A stretch of DNA of 64,000 nucleotides from Candidatus Moraniibacteriota bacterium (GCA_023133275.1 JAGLWU010000002.1:2440-66439); one strand, 5' to 3'; numbered from the stretch's first letter, positions 41,688 through 51,804 are shown. The notes: generated from the letters alone by a model not told the origin. Numbers and translations are program-made.

Positions 41688-42373
41688 AATGATAATTTAA
41701 TAATAGTTGTATTAAAAATAATATTTAAAATTAAAAGTAGAAAATATAAAGACCAAATTGATCGAGCAACATTAACTATTTTTCTAAAGAATAAAGTCGG
41801 CAAACTCATCAACAATACAATTAATACAGTTTTTATAGAAAAATTAAAAAAAGACATCAGAAGTAAACAAAATACTATAACAGGAAATATTTTATTTAAC
41901 TGATTGTATTCTTTAGTTATAAAATTTACAAATCCAAAACTAAAAATTACAAAAAATAAATAGAAAATAGCTACAAATATTTCGTATATTAAAAATACTT
42001 GAAACTTTATTGATAAATAACCTACTAATAAATGATAATGTTCTGCTAAAAAAGATTGGGTTATAAATATAATTGAGAACAATCCCAGTGCAAAAGCAAA
42101 AATGATTGGCAAAATTGTTTTGGAAGTATATTTATATTTTCCGATATACATGTCAGCGAAACTTTTTTTTAAAATAATGCGAATGTATAAAATCGGAAAA
42201 ACTACGAGAAATAGGAAGGATCTTAATAAAATTTCTATTATATCTGATCGACCTTTGATTTCTGTGGGCAGTAACCAAAATAATAATAAGCAACTGGTAG
42301 CAAAAAACAGTGAGACTATTAATTCTATTGTTTGGTGTTTTATTTTTTTTAAATCGCTTGCTATGAAATACAT
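41684..42373 (-). CDS. Polytopic membrane protein
   Basis: 229 aa, highly hydrophobic; stop overlaps the next start by 4 bp. Confidence 0.75.
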   Translation of the reverse strand: MYFIASDLKKIKHQTIELIVSLFFATSCLLLFWLLPTEIKGRSDIIEILLRSFLFLVVFPILYIRIILKKSFADMYIGKYKYTSKTILPIIFAFALGLFSIIFITQSFLAEHYHLLVGYLSIKFQVFLIYEIFVAIFYLFFVIFSFGFVNFITKEYNQLNKIFPVIVFCLLLMSFFNFSIKTVLIVLLMSLPTLFFRKIVNVARSIWSLYFLLLILNIIFNTTIIKLSL

Positions 42374-42434
42374 TTTAATTTTGAAAAATAATGTTATATT
42401 TATAATTTACCATAAATCGGATGAATAGTCAGCT

Positions 42435-43136
42435 TTATTCTAAAACTAAATTTGGATATTTTTTCTGTAATTTTTTTACTTCAACTTTAGCTTTTCTAGA
42501 CTCCTTAATTGAATCTTCATATGCTATAAAAACTGTTGCTATACTTATTGGTAAAATTCCTATATAAGGAATTGCGTCTGCTATCAACATTGCAACTCTT
42601 ATTACTCTTTTTTTAGTCCTAGCTTTTCTGTTTCCAACCCGCCAAAGAGAAATTGTTAAATAGATACTTCCACAAAATGCACAAAAACCTCCCACAATCC
42701 AACCAACATAAGGAATAAGCGAAACAATATCTACTATAAAATCTAAAGAAAAAGCTATAATAAAATTTAAAATCCATATTGGTCTTTCATGTCTATTTAT
42801 TCTGCGATAAGATCTTTTTAGTAAAATTTTTGCTTTACGTGGAATTTTTATACCAAACTCTCTTTTGTCTAACTCTTCCTCTCGTTGCAATTGCCTTAAT
42901 TCATTCATTTTTTCTTTCTGTCGATCATCAGAAAAATTTTGACTTACATTAGAATCAAATGTTTGCATAGGTCTAGTTATGTTTCCATAAAGTTTTCTAA
43001 CTTTTTTTCCCTGTTCTTCCTGATCAATATTTTCTTGTAAACGAACATTTCTAAGTTTAGCTTTTGTTTCACTATCTGATCTCGCCTCAGGATTTCGTAC
43101 AAAAAGCCTACCAACATGTTCTTGATCTCTTTCCAT
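42435..43136 (-). CDS. Hypothetical membrane protein
   Basis: Charged N-terminus; two D..xIPY(V/I)G hydrophobic hairpin motifs. Confidence 0.75.
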   Translation of the reverse strand: MERDQEHVGRLFVRNPEARSDSETKAKLRNVRLQENIDQEEQGKKVRKLYGNITRPMQTFDSNVSQNFSDDRQKEKMNELRQLQREEELDKREFGIKIPRKAKILLKRSYRRINRHERPIWILNFIIAFSLDFIVDIVSLIPYVGWIVGGFCAFCGSIYLTISLWRVGNRKARTKKRVIRVAMLIADAIPYIGILPISIATVFIAYEDSIKESRKAKVEVKKLQKKYPNLVLE

Positions 43137-43173
43137 ATTTTTATATATTAGACTTCTTAAAAACCCTTGCTAC

Positions 43174-43279
43174 TGTCATCTCGAGCGTAGCGATAGCGAA
43201 GTCAAGAGATCTCAAAACTCTGTAATTGTCTGTAAGCCTTGAGATTTCTCCGTTCCGCTTTGCTTCAGTCAAAATGACA
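43174..43279. repeat. TGTCATCTCGAGCG...GAGATCTC / GAGATTTCTC...ATGACA palindromic repeat
   Basis: Inverted paired units with TGTCAT/ATGACA ends. Confidence 0.75.
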
Positions 43280-43418
43280 TGAGTAGATTTTTTTGGAAGT
43301 TTCTTCTTTAAAACACTACAACACAACATTTATATAAATCTAAAAGTCTACCCGTTTACCAGTCTAATTATCTAATAATACTACCAGTCTAAAACTACTG
43401 ATACCTAATATCATCAGA

Positions 43419-45266
43419 CTAACGTTGAACACCATCTAATCCAACTTCCTGTTCCAATTCCTCCTGCTCTTTCATTTTTTCCAATTGTCGAGGATCGGAA
43501 GTGATAACTTTATCCTCACTGTAAGAACTAATAATTTTAATCGCGGCATGTTTTGGTCCTGCAAAAAGAATACCCTCTCCTACTCCACTTTCCAAAAGAA
43601 GAAATTTCTCATGATCTGTTAAATAAAAAGTATCCGCAATTACATCCACTGAAGCTGGAGATTGTCGAAGAAGTAATTGGAGCGATGAGTTTGTAACAAT
43701 TGGTTTGCCATAGCGACTCGACATAAAATCACTTACATCCTGTGTAATTGTCGTTAATCCTGTGTAATATTTACGACAACGTTTCGCAATGCTAAACATA
43801 AAAGAAGCTGCGTCTTCGCTCTGCATCATCACCCATGCCTCATCCACTACCACCATTCTCTGAGTCATATTGGAACGCATCTCATTCCAAATAAATTGCA
43901 AAATAATATACATCGCAATCGGTCGCAATTCGTCTTCCAAATCTCTAATGTTAAAAACTACCATTTGATTTTTGATTTCAACATTTGTTGGTCTATTTAA
44001 AAATCCAGAAAAAATTCCCTCGGTATATTTAGCTAATCTTTTTGCCAAAGAATCGCCACCTTCCATATTAACTAAAACATCGTAGAGATCAGACATGGTT
44101 GGATAGCCAGAATGTGGAATAGATCCAAAATTGCTATTTTCATTAATGTCACGTACTGCATAACTTTCTCGAATCGCCCGTTCTAAAACGGTGTCCTCCT
44201 CGGCTGTTACAGAACCTAACATTAAATGCAAAAGTCCAATTAAACCTGCTATCGTATTTCGAAAAACGTCTTGTGGTCTTTCATCGGCAGGAATTGGAGG
44301 TAATTCAAATGGATTTATACAAGCCTTTGAACCTAAAGAAATTCTGATATAACTTCCTGCCACAGTTTGACATAAATGTTTATATTCATTTTCAGGATCA
44401 ATTACAATTACATTTGTTCCAAACATCATTGATCGCAAAATTTCTAATTTAACAAAATAAGATTTACCTGCTCCTGATTTAGCAAAAATTACCATGTTGG
44501 CATTTTCCATGTTAAAACGGTCGAATAAAATTAAACTATTATTATGTCGATTAATTCCGTAAAGAATACCTTCGTTTGAAGATAAATTTGATGAAACGAA
44601 TGGAAAGGTAGTTGAAAGTGGTGCGGTATTTAAATTATTGCCATTATTTAATTTATCTTCACAAAGTGGGATACTGGAAATAAAACCTTGATCCATCCGC
44701 AAAGTAGCTGGTTTAGTGTAAATCATCTGAGCCTCTAAAATTGCAGTAACTTCATTTTTATTTTTTCGTAATTCTTCTTCGTTTTCACCGTAAAAAGTGA
44801 TGTATAAACCAAAGCGGAAAAACCGTTCAGTTCCCTGTTGTAATTGAGTTCTCAAAGTTTCCACATTTTCTAAGGCAGTTTCTAACATTGGGTCGCGAAT
44901 TTTTCCTGCTTCAGCCTCGATGTGCATTTGTGATTGAACGTGAGTTGAGGTTTTTTTCAAATTTTTTAAAACATTGCGAGTGTCTGCTGGATGGATAAAC
45001 ATTGATACGTCCATTGGAAAATCGATGTTGACAATGGGAGAAAACCAGTTATCATTTAAATATCGGGGATATGCCATGACGAATAGAGTGGTTGAAAGTA
45101 CATCGCCAATTTGAATTTTGCTAGCTGAAATTTCTAAAGCACTGGGTGCAATGAGTCCTCTAACGGTGGCTACTCCTTTTTGATAGAATTTTTCACGTTC
45201 TAAGATTTCTTCTGGAGTATCTACAACTATTTGTTCTTGTTTTTTGTTTTTTTTATTGAATAACAT
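43419..45266 (-). CDS. VirB4/TraC-like type IV secretion ATPase
   Basis: Walker A AKSGAGKS, VIDPENEY, INPF, Walker B VVDEAW, RKY, TITQD. Confidence 0.92.
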   Translation of the reverse strand: MLFNKKNKKQEQIVVDTPEEILEREKFYQKGVATVRGLIAPSALEISASKIQIGDVLSTTLFVMAYPRYLNDNWFSPIVNIDFPMDVSMFIHPADTRNVLKNLKKTSTHVQSQMHIEAEAGKIRDPMLETALENVETLRTQLQQGTERFFRFGLYITFYGENEEELRKNKNEVTAILEAQMIYTKPATLRMDQGFISSIPLCEDKLNNGNNLNTAPLSTTFPFVSSNLSSNEGILYGINRHNNSLILFDRFNMENANMVIFAKSGAGKSYFVKLEILRSMMFGTNVIVIDPENEYKHLCQTVAGSYIRISLGSKACINPFELPPIPADERPQDVFRNTIAGLIGLLHLMLGSVTAEEDTVLERAIRESYAVRDINENSNFGSIPHSGYPTMSDLYDVLVNMEGGDSLAKRLAKYTEGIFSGFLNRPTNVEIKNQMVVFNIRDLEDELRPIAMYIILQFIWNEMRSNMTQRMVVVDEAWVMMQSEDAASFMFSIAKRCRKYYTGLTTITQDVSDFMSSRYGKPIVTNSSLQLLLRQSPASVDVIADTFYLTDHEKFLLLESGVGEGILFAGPKHAAIKIISSYSEDKVITSDPRQLEKMKEQEELEQEVGLDGVQR

Positions 45267-45341
45267 TTTTTGTTTTGTAATTAGCGACTGATAAATTAGT
45301 AGCTAGAATTATTGATTATGAATTTATTTTGTATTTTTAAA

Positions 45342-45764
45342 TTACCATTTTATTTTTCTTCGCAACGGATCAGTTATTTTTAAAACTATTAAACTAAACA
45401 TATATAAAAATAACCAAACTTTGAAAAAATATATAATAAAATCAATAATAAAAATTTTTTCAGAATTTAAAATATCTACAAATATAATAGAAAATAATAA
45501 ATATATTGGAATTAATACTAGAACGGAACAAATAAAAATATTATATTTATCCTTTTTAACCTTATTATAAATAAATGCTACTAGGCTAGCAGGTAAAGCA
45601 AAAAATAAAAATTCTAACAAATAAATATCGTGATTATCTGGGGGACACACCCTTAATTGACAATTATACAAAAAAATTAGAAAAATAAATAGTATAGATA
45701 TAATATTCAAACTTAAAAAATATATTATTTTTTCTTTTGTGATTTTCATAAATTTAATTTTCAT
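45342..45764 (-). CDS. Hypothetical 4-TM membrane protein inserted in the VirB4 cluster
   Basis: Hydrophobic, very AT-rich 140 aa. Confidence 0.65.
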   Translation of the reverse strand: MKIKFMKITKEKIIYFLSLNIISILFIFLIFLYNCQLRVCPPDNHDIYLLEFLFFALPASLVAFIYNKVKKDKYNIFICSVLVLIPIYLLFSIIFVDILNSEKIFIIDFIIYFFKVWLFLYMFSLIVLKITDPLRRKIKW

Positions 45765-45801
45765 TGAACAATAGATTATGACCCATTGTTTATAAATAAT
45801 T

Positions 45802-46485
45802 CTACAATCTAACTAATTCAGTCTTTTCAATATTCTTAATCGCTGACTGAGCAAAAACAGACGGATTATACGCATTGTAAAACAATTCAATCAATTCATC
45901 AGTATTCAAAGTCGTAAAATTTAAACCCGTTCCCCCCAACGCCGCCGCAATATGATCAACTCTCTGATAAAGCTGATTTTTATAAGTCTCAAATAATTCC
46001 TTACGCTCAGTTACAACCTGAGAAGGATTCAACAATGACGACATTTTATTCAAAAAACCACCAGTCGTACTCTCAATCGGAGAAAAAGGCACCACAATAT
46101 AAAAATATTTACTCATGATATTAGTAACCTCAGTAAGATGTTGCACGAATGCACGATATTCTGCTGTCTGAATTTTTAACAATTCATTACGTTGTTTTTT
46201 TTCACTTTCTTTTAAACTCTCTAAATATGGTCTAATATTTAATTTCCGAGAACTAATTACGATTTGAATAGGAAAATCTAAAGAATTGAGAAAATTTTGA
46301 TACGCCCCCACAATAGCCACTTGCTCATCAGAAGCTTTCAAATCAAAATTAATTGACGACACTAATAAAACCGATCTCAACGATCCATTTTTTAACACAA
46401 CAACTCCATCTTTAATTGTTTGAATATCAACATATTTTAAAGTGCTGATATTTTGATTTTCTTTTTGTTTTTTCTTTTTCGCCAT
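45802..46485 (-). CDS. VirB4-associated protein (TrsD/TraC-N-like)
   Basis: IKDGVVVLKNG, SSINFDLK..EQ, FLNSLDFPIQI, FYIVVPF, FYNAYNP. Confidence 0.8.
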   Translation of the reverse strand: MAKKKKQKENQNISTLKYVDIQTIKDGVVVLKNGSLRSVLLVSSINFDLKASDEQVAIVGAYQNFLNSLDFPIQIVISSRKLNIRPYLESLKESEKKQRNELLKIQTAEYRAFVQHLTEVTNIMSKYFYIVVPFSPIESTTGGFLNKMSSLLNPSQVVTERKELFETYKNQLYQRVDHIAAALGGTGLNFTTLNTDELIELFYNAYNPSVFAQSAIKNIEKTELVRL

Positions 46486-46607
46486 TTTATTTTTGATAAG
46501 TTAGTAACTGGTAATCAGTAACTAGAAATTAATTGTAAATTGCTATTCTAAATAAATACTTTTTTAAGTTCTAAATTGTAAATTTCTATTTTAAAACGTA
46601 GTAATAT

Positions 46608-46636
46608 TTCTACAAATCTAATGGTCTAAAAATCTA
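46608..46636. repeat. 29-bp TCTA-octamer array; exact inverted copy at 47449-47477
   Basis: ttctacaaatctaatggtctaaaaatcta; includes the prgI stop codon. Confidence 0.9.
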
Positions 46637-47086
46637 TCCTCGATAATCTGTTCTTTTTTTAAGGATTTCTTCTAATTTATTATTGCCATTAACACCTCTG
46701 GTATCAAGAGTGTGGGCTAATATGGAAATATCATCTGTATCTAACGGTTTTTTATTGTAAACCACTTGATTCATTTCTATCGGTTCAATTTTTTTCTGTT
46801 TTTTTATTTCGGGATCTCTTTGCCAAGTGTAGGCACGTGGTTTAAATATGTAAAGAATGGCAAATCCAACAAATTGAATTAGAGGTAATCCCTGCGGTTT
46901 GTAAAAAGCGAATGAAACAACAATGATAGTAATTGGAATTGCAACGGTATAAAAAGCGGATTCGTCCAATAGTTTCCAAAGAATTACTAAAATTGTTCCG
47001 CCCGCAAAAAACCAGCCTAATTGTTTCCAAGTTAGTGGTCCAACTATTTTATCTTCAATATCGACATACTGTGGTACTACTTTCAT
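46634..47086 (-). CDS. PrgI family protein (VirB3-like)
   Basis: VPQYVDIEDKIVGPLTWKQ, two TMs, KPRAYTW. Confidence 0.88.
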   Translation of the reverse strand: MKVVPQYVDIEDKIVGPLTWKQLGWFFAGGTILVILWKLLDESAFYTVAIPITIIVVSFAFYKPQGLPLIQFVGFAILYIFKPRAYTWQRDPEIKKQKKIEPIEMNQVVYNKKPLDTDDISILAHTLDTRGVNGNNKLEEILKKRTDYRG

Positions 47087-47254
47087 TTTTTTGTTTTTGG
47101 ATAAATTAAATTTACAAAAATAATATTTCTAATTTACTTCTTTATTATAACACTTTTTCCTTTTTTGAGAATAGCGTAGCGATAAGTAAAAATAATTTAA
47201 ATAAGTTGTTAAAATTAATAGTTGTTTTTTGTCTTATCGTGATGTATTTATTTC

Positions 47255-47302
47255 AAGGAAACAAAAAAGTTCCGCAATAAAGCGGAACTTTTTTATTTCC
47301 TT
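47255..47302 (-). terminator. Terminator downstream of tRNA-Pro
   Basis: aaaaaagttccgc..gcggaactttttt. Confidence 0.7.
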
Positions 47303-47303
47303 G

Positions 47304-47375
47304 TCGGGGTACAGAGACTCGAACTCTGACTAAATCCTCCCAAAGGACTCGTGCTAGCCATTACACTATACCCCG
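47304..47375 (-). tRNA. tRNA-Pro (TGG)
   Basis: CGGGGTATAGTGTAATGGCTAGCACGAGTCCTTTGGGAGGATTTAGTCAGAGTTCGAGTCTCTGTACCCCGA cloverleaf. Confidence 0.93.
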
Positions 47376-47526
47376 CAAATTTACTTTGATAATTTACTTT
47401 GATATTGTATAACTTTATTGAAAATAAATCAAGAGAGAAATGGATCGGTAGATTTTTAGACCATTAGATTTGTAGAATATAAACTTCACCTCCCTACTCA
47501 TAAAAAGTAAAGAGGTGAAAATTTTA

Positions 47527-47697
47527 TCATACTATCCCTACTGAGCTTTTATCATCAATCTTATCATTGATTTCAACTAATTGATCATAAACATTTTTTA
47601 GAACAGTCTGAATTTCAATGTCTTTTTCATTACTACGAGCATATTCTTTAGTTATCTCAACAGACATCTCTAAAAGTTTTCTATTGTCGTGTTTCAT
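47527..47697 (-). CDS. Small helical hypothetical protein (56 aa, not in the ORF track)
   Basis: MKHDNRKLLEMSVEITKEYARSNEKDIEIQTVLKNVYDQLVEINDKIDDKSSVGIV; hairpin downstream. Confidence 0.55.
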   Translation of the reverse strand: MKHDNRKLLEMSVEITKEYARSNEKDIEIQTVLKNVYDQLVEINDKIDDKSSVGIV

Positions 47698-47996
47698 AAA
47701 TTTTAAATTAAACGTTAATTAAATAGATATTTCGACCTTTGAATAATATCTATTTTAATTTTAACATGTTAAGAATAGGAGGGAAATTTATAAACTGTGA
47801 AGTCATTGTAGATTAATAATTCTCAGTAAAAAAACTTGCCAAACATCAATTTTAGTGATAAATTAAATAAAGTTGACCATCAATTAAAAATGATGGTATT
47901 TAAAATTTACGCAATTAATTATTAAGTGTTTACCAGCGTTGAACACATATCTATATTTAAGCCTAACTAAAAGACTTAAATCATAGAATTTTACCT

Positions 47997-49322
47997 ATGT
48001 CAGCAACAAGAGATCTTTTAGATAAAATTGTTAGTCAAGTTAAAGGAGAAGACGAAAAAAAAGCTTCTTCAAAAAAAGTTGTAAAAAAAGAAGTTTCATT
48101 AGATGAAAACGCTTCAATGGAAGAATTGATGCAAGTAAATGTAAATGATTCAGATTTTCCAAAAGTAGGAGATATTATCGAGAGTACAGTTATAGACATC
48201 AGTTCCAGCGTTACTCTTTTAGACATCGGTCTGATTGGAACAGGAATGGTTATCGGGAGAGAGGCAAAAAGTGGTTTAGCTGAGGACGATAAAATTAAAA
48301 TTGGTTCAAAAGTTACTGCAACTGTAACAGATTTAGACAATGATGAAGGTTACATTGAACTTTCTATTCGAGAAGCTTCTTATGGAAGAGCTTGGGATGA
48401 TTTGGATGGGAAAAAAGAAAGTAAAGAAACAGTTCCTACTAAAATTTTAGATGCTAACCGAGGTGGTTTGATGATTGAAATTAATGGAATTACTGGATTT
48501 TTGCCAGTTTCTCAACTTTCCAGTGAAAATTATCCACGAGTTGAGGATGGAGATAAAAATAAGATTTTAGAAATTTTGAAAGCATTGATTGGTAAAGAAT
48601 TGGGTGTGCGAATTTTAGACATTGATCAAGAAGATGAAAAATTGATTGTTTCAGAAAAAGCTGCACACAGTGAAAAAGAACGTCAAGTTATTGCTGATTT
48701 ATCTATTGGTGATGAAATTGAAGGTTATGTTAGTGGCGTAGTTGATTTCGGTGCATTTATTAAATTTGCTCCAAAAGGTTCAGATGAATCAAAGAATTTG
48801 GAAGGTTTGGTGCATATTAGTGAATTAGCTTGGCAGTTAATTGACAATCCTCGTGAAATTATTAAAGTTAATGATAAAGTTAAGGCAAAAATTATCGGAA
48901 TTGATGATACTCGAATTTCACTTTCAATCAAGGCTTTAACTAAAGATCCTTGGAGTCAAATTGAGAAGAAATATGAAATTGATGAAATTTACAAAGGAAA
49001 AGTTGATAAAATTAATCACTTTGGAGCATTTGTTTACTTGGATAGTGATATTCATGGGCTGGCACATATTAGTGAGTTTCAGGAGTCTTTCCCTGGAAAG
49101 AAACTTGAGGATAAGATGACGGCTGGTGAAGAATACATGTGGAAAGTTATTTCAATTGAATCTAAAGCTCATAGAATGGGACTGGTTTTAGTTGATGAAA
49201 AAGCAGAGAAAACGAAGAAGAAAAAAGTAGTTAAAAAAGAAACTAAAAAAGAGGTTAAATCTAAAGTTGAACCTAAAGAGAAGAAAAAGTCTGAAGATGA
49301 GAAAAAATCTGAAGATAAATAA
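47997..49322 (+). CDS. rpsA: 30S ribosomal protein S1 (four S1 domains)
   Basis: NRGGL..GFLPVSQL, DFGAF..EGLVHISEL, HFGAFV..GLAHISE. Confidence 0.92.
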   Translation: MSATRDLLDKIVSQVKGEDEKKASSKKVVKKEVSLDENASMEELMQVNVNDSDFPKVGDIIESTVIDISSSVTLLDIGLIGTGMVIGREAKSGLAEDDKIKIGSKVTATVTDLDNDEGYIELSIREASYGRAWDDLDGKKESKETVPTKILDANRGGLMIEINGITGFLPVSQLSSENYPRVEDGDKNKILEILKALIGKELGVRILDIDQEDEKLIVSEKAAHSEKERQVIADLSIGDEIEGYVSGVVDFGAFIKFAPKGSDESKNLEGLVHISELAWQLIDNPREIIKVNDKVKAKIIGIDDTRISLSIKALTKDPWSQIEKKYEIDEIYKGKVDKINHFGAFVYLDSDIHGLAHISEFQESFPGKKLEDKMTAGEEYMWKVISIESKAHRMGLVLVDEKAEKTKKKKVVKKETKKEVKSKVEPKEKKKSEDEKKSEDK

Positions 49323-49328
49323 TAAAAT

Positions 49329-49349
49329 CGCGCCTTCGGGCGCGTTTTT
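49329..49349 (+). terminator. Intrinsic terminator after rpsA
   Basis: cgcgcc TTCG ggcgcg ttttt. Confidence 0.85.
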
Positions 49350-49376
49350 GCTTTTAAGTAACTTTATTTTAATCTT

Positions 49377-49931
49377 ATGATAATTACAATAACAGGAGAT
49401 GCTGGTGCTGGAAAAAGCACTCTCGGTGAAATGTTAGCTGAAAAATTGAACTTCGAGAGATATTACATGGGACAAATTCTTCGTGATTTGGCAAAGAAAA
49501 AAGGGATGACATTGGTCGAATTATTGAAATATGGAGAAAGTCATTCTGAAATTGATAACGAACTTGATGATTACCAAAAACATTTAGGAGAAGAAAAAGA
49601 AAATTTTATCATTGAAGGCAGAACAAGTTGGTTTTTGATTCCTCATTCTATCAAGCTTTACATTAAAGTTGATCCTAAAGTTGGAGCGGAGAGAATATTT
49701 GAGGATTTACAGCACGAAAATAAAAGAAATGAAGGCTCTAACTTAAATACAGTCGAAGATGTAATGAACAGTAATAGAAAAAGAAGAGAAAGTGATGATC
49801 TGAGGTATAAGAAATATTATGATAAAGATTGTTTTGATGAGAATAATTTTGATTTAGTGGTGGATACTACGGAAATGACTCCTGAAGAAGTGCTTAATAA
49901 AATTTTGGAGTTTGTCGAAAGTAAAAAATAG
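49377..49931 (+). CDS. cmk: Cytidylate kinase (archaeal-type)
   Basis: IITITGDAGAGKST, IEGR, R..SD..RYKKYY, DLVVDT. Confidence 0.85.
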   Translation: MIITITGDAGAGKSTLGEMLAEKLNFERYYMGQILRDLAKKKGMTLVELLKYGESHSEIDNELDDYQKHLGEEKENFIIEGRTSWFLIPHSIKLYIKVDPKVGAERIFEDLQHENKRNEGSNLNTVEDVMNSNRKRRESDDLRYKKYYDKDCFDENNFDLVVDTTEMTPEEVLNKILEFVESKK

Positions 49932-49951
49932 CTTTCAATTACGAATTTTTA

Positions 49952-49984
49952 AAAAAGCCTCGGTTGTAAAAACTGAGGCTTTTT
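49952..49984 (+). terminator. Intrinsic terminator
   Basis: aaaaagcctcggtt..aactgaggcttttt. Confidence 0.7.
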
Positions 49985-50021
49985 GTTATTCTGAATATAT
50001 AATTATATTAAAATAATAAAT

Positions 50022-50462
50022 ATGGAAGAACAGAATAAGTTACAAGAAATTAAAAGACCTTGGCAAGGTACAGCTTGGGCGTGGTTGAATATAGTTGGAA
50101 CAGTTTTTTTGTCTATAATTGCTATTATTTTACTCTTAGGATTTGCAGGTGCAGGGATGCTTATGGGAAGTGAGCTAGCTCAAGAAGGGCTTGATCCAGC
50201 TACATTTATAGCAGGCTTGTCAGCATTACTCATTATAATTGCTATACCATTGTTAATTTTAGAAATATTTTTGATTATTGGATTTTTTAAAGGTTGGAAA
50301 TGGGCGGTAATTGTCGCAATTATTTTCGAAGCATTAGGAATAATGAGCTCTTTATTTAGCTTGGGTGAAAATGGAGGTTTTTTCAATTTATTAATTACTG
50401 GATTCATGTTATATTTAGCAATTGCTTGTGTACAACATCCATTTTACAATAAGAAAAAATAG
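50022..50462 (+). CDS. Hypothetical 4-TM membrane protein
   Basis: KRPWQG start, GFFKGWKWA motif. Confidence 0.75.
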   Translation: MEEQNKLQEIKRPWQGTAWAWLNIVGTVFLSIIAIILLLGFAGAGMLMGSELAQEGLDPATFIAGLSALLIIIAIPLLILEIFLIIGFFKGWKWAVIVAIIFEALGIMSSLFSLGENGGFFNLLITGFMLYLAIACVQHPFYNKKK

Positions 50463-50485
50463 CTGATTCAAAAAAAAGATTTCGT

Positions 50486-50512
50486 AAAACTCTGTGATTT
50501 TCACAGAGTTTT
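50486..50512 (+). terminator. Intrinsic terminator
   Basis: aaaactctgtga..tcacagagtttt. Confidence 0.7.
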
Positions 50513-50533
50513 ATTTTTTTTAGACCTCCCATT

Positions 50534-50790
50534 ATGTCATCCTGAAAAATTATTTCATTTTTTGTAAAAAAATTAAAAAATTTATTCAGGATCTCAGAAG
50601 AACATCATACTTTAAATTTTCTTAAAACTTAAGGTGTAGATACTGAATAGATTAATTTGTATTCAATCGCTACGCTCTTGAACAAATTATATCTTCCAGC
50701 ATGACATATCTGGGAGTTTGTACAGTTTTGCAGGAGTAAAAAATCTTTAATTAAATTTTCAACCCAAAAAGCCCGTGCGGCGAGTACTTT
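50534..50790. repeat. Composite TGTCAT repeat in reverse orientation
   Basis: tgtcatcctgaa..tttattcaggatctc..atgaca + aaaagcccgtgcggcgagtac (reverse complement of the 26233 module). Confidence 0.8.
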
Positions 50791-50841
50791 TTATGATATA
50801 ATTATGTTAAAGTTAATTTAAACTTTTTAAAAAATATCGAA

Positions 50842-51804
50842 ATGAAAAACCTAGTAAAATACGTACAAAACACCAATTCTCGCCATAATCTTTGGAAAAA
50901 AGGTGAAGGAATAATTTTAGGTGTGTCGGGCGGAGCAGATAGCATGACTTTATTTCACATTTTTTCAATTTTAGCCAAAAAAGAAAACTTAAAATTAATT
51001 GTCGCTCATGTAAATTACGGATTTCGTGAAGATTCTTACAAAGACGAAAAAATCGTTAGAGATTTTGCAAAAAAACACAATATTCCCTGTGAAGTTTTAT
51101 CAAATTTTAAATTAGACAAAAAAGACTGTAATGAAAATAAGTGGCGTCAAATTCGCTTCGATTTTTTTTCCCAAATTAAAGAAAAATATCAGGCAGATAA
51201 AATTGTTTTAGCTCATACAAAAAACGATCAATCGGAAACTTTACTTCTTCACCTTTTGCGTGGAAGTGGTTTAAACGGCTTGAGTGCGATACGATATAAA
51301 AGGAATAATATTATTCGTCCACTTTTAGATATTTCTCGAGAAGATATTTTAAAGTATATTAAAGAAAACAACATTTCTTTCGCTATAGATAGCAGTAACA
51401 TGAATACAAAATTTTTGCGTAATAAAATTCGATTGGAGTTACTTCCCTATTTAAAGAAAAATTATAATGAAAATATTATTAACACGCTTTCTCAAGCAAC
51501 AAAAAACATTGCCGATGATTATAATTATTTAACTGATCAACAAGAAATTTTTTGGAAAATTAATGATGAAAAAACTGAAATTTCTTTTTCTGCTCAAAAA
51601 TTCTCGAAAAAACATATTTCTGAGCAGAAATTTTCTTTGCGAACAATGATTTTCGAACTTTTAGGACATTTGCAAAATATTGAATCTGGCACAATTGAAG
51701 AAATTAGATTGTTAACTTTAAGTTCAAAAAACAAATCACAAGTGATGCAATTTAAAAACTTGAAAATAGTGAGAAAAGGTGATATTATTACAATGTTTAA
51801 GTAG
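50842..51804 (+). CDS. tilS: tRNA(Ile)-lysidine synthetase
   Basis: SGGADS, HVNYGFR, AHTKNDQSET, RPLL, RNKIR. Confidence 0.95.
   Translation: MKNLVKYVQNTNSRHNLWKKGEGIILGVSGGADSMTLFHIFSILAKKENLKLIVAHVNYGFREDSYKDEKIVRDFAKKHNIPCEVLSNFKLDKKDCNENKWRQIRFDFFSQIKEKYQADKIVLAHTKNDQSETLLLHLLRGSGLNGLSAIRYKRNNIIRPLLDISREDILKYIKENNISFAIDSSNMNTKFLRNKIRLELLPYLKKNYNENIINTLSQATKNIADDYNYLTDQQEIFWKINDEKTEISFSAQKFSKKHISEQKFSLRTMIFELLGHLQNIESGTIEEIRLLTLSSKNKSQVMQFKNLKIVRKGDIITMFK

Noticed and set aside
43141-43329. 62-aa ORF
   Set aside because: It is a translation of the TGTCAT palindromic repeat (VILTEAKRNGEIS...)
37429-47375. Integrative conjugative element at tRNA-Pro
   Set aside because: No integrase, relaxase, coupling protein or tRNA 3' duplication visible; composition looks native
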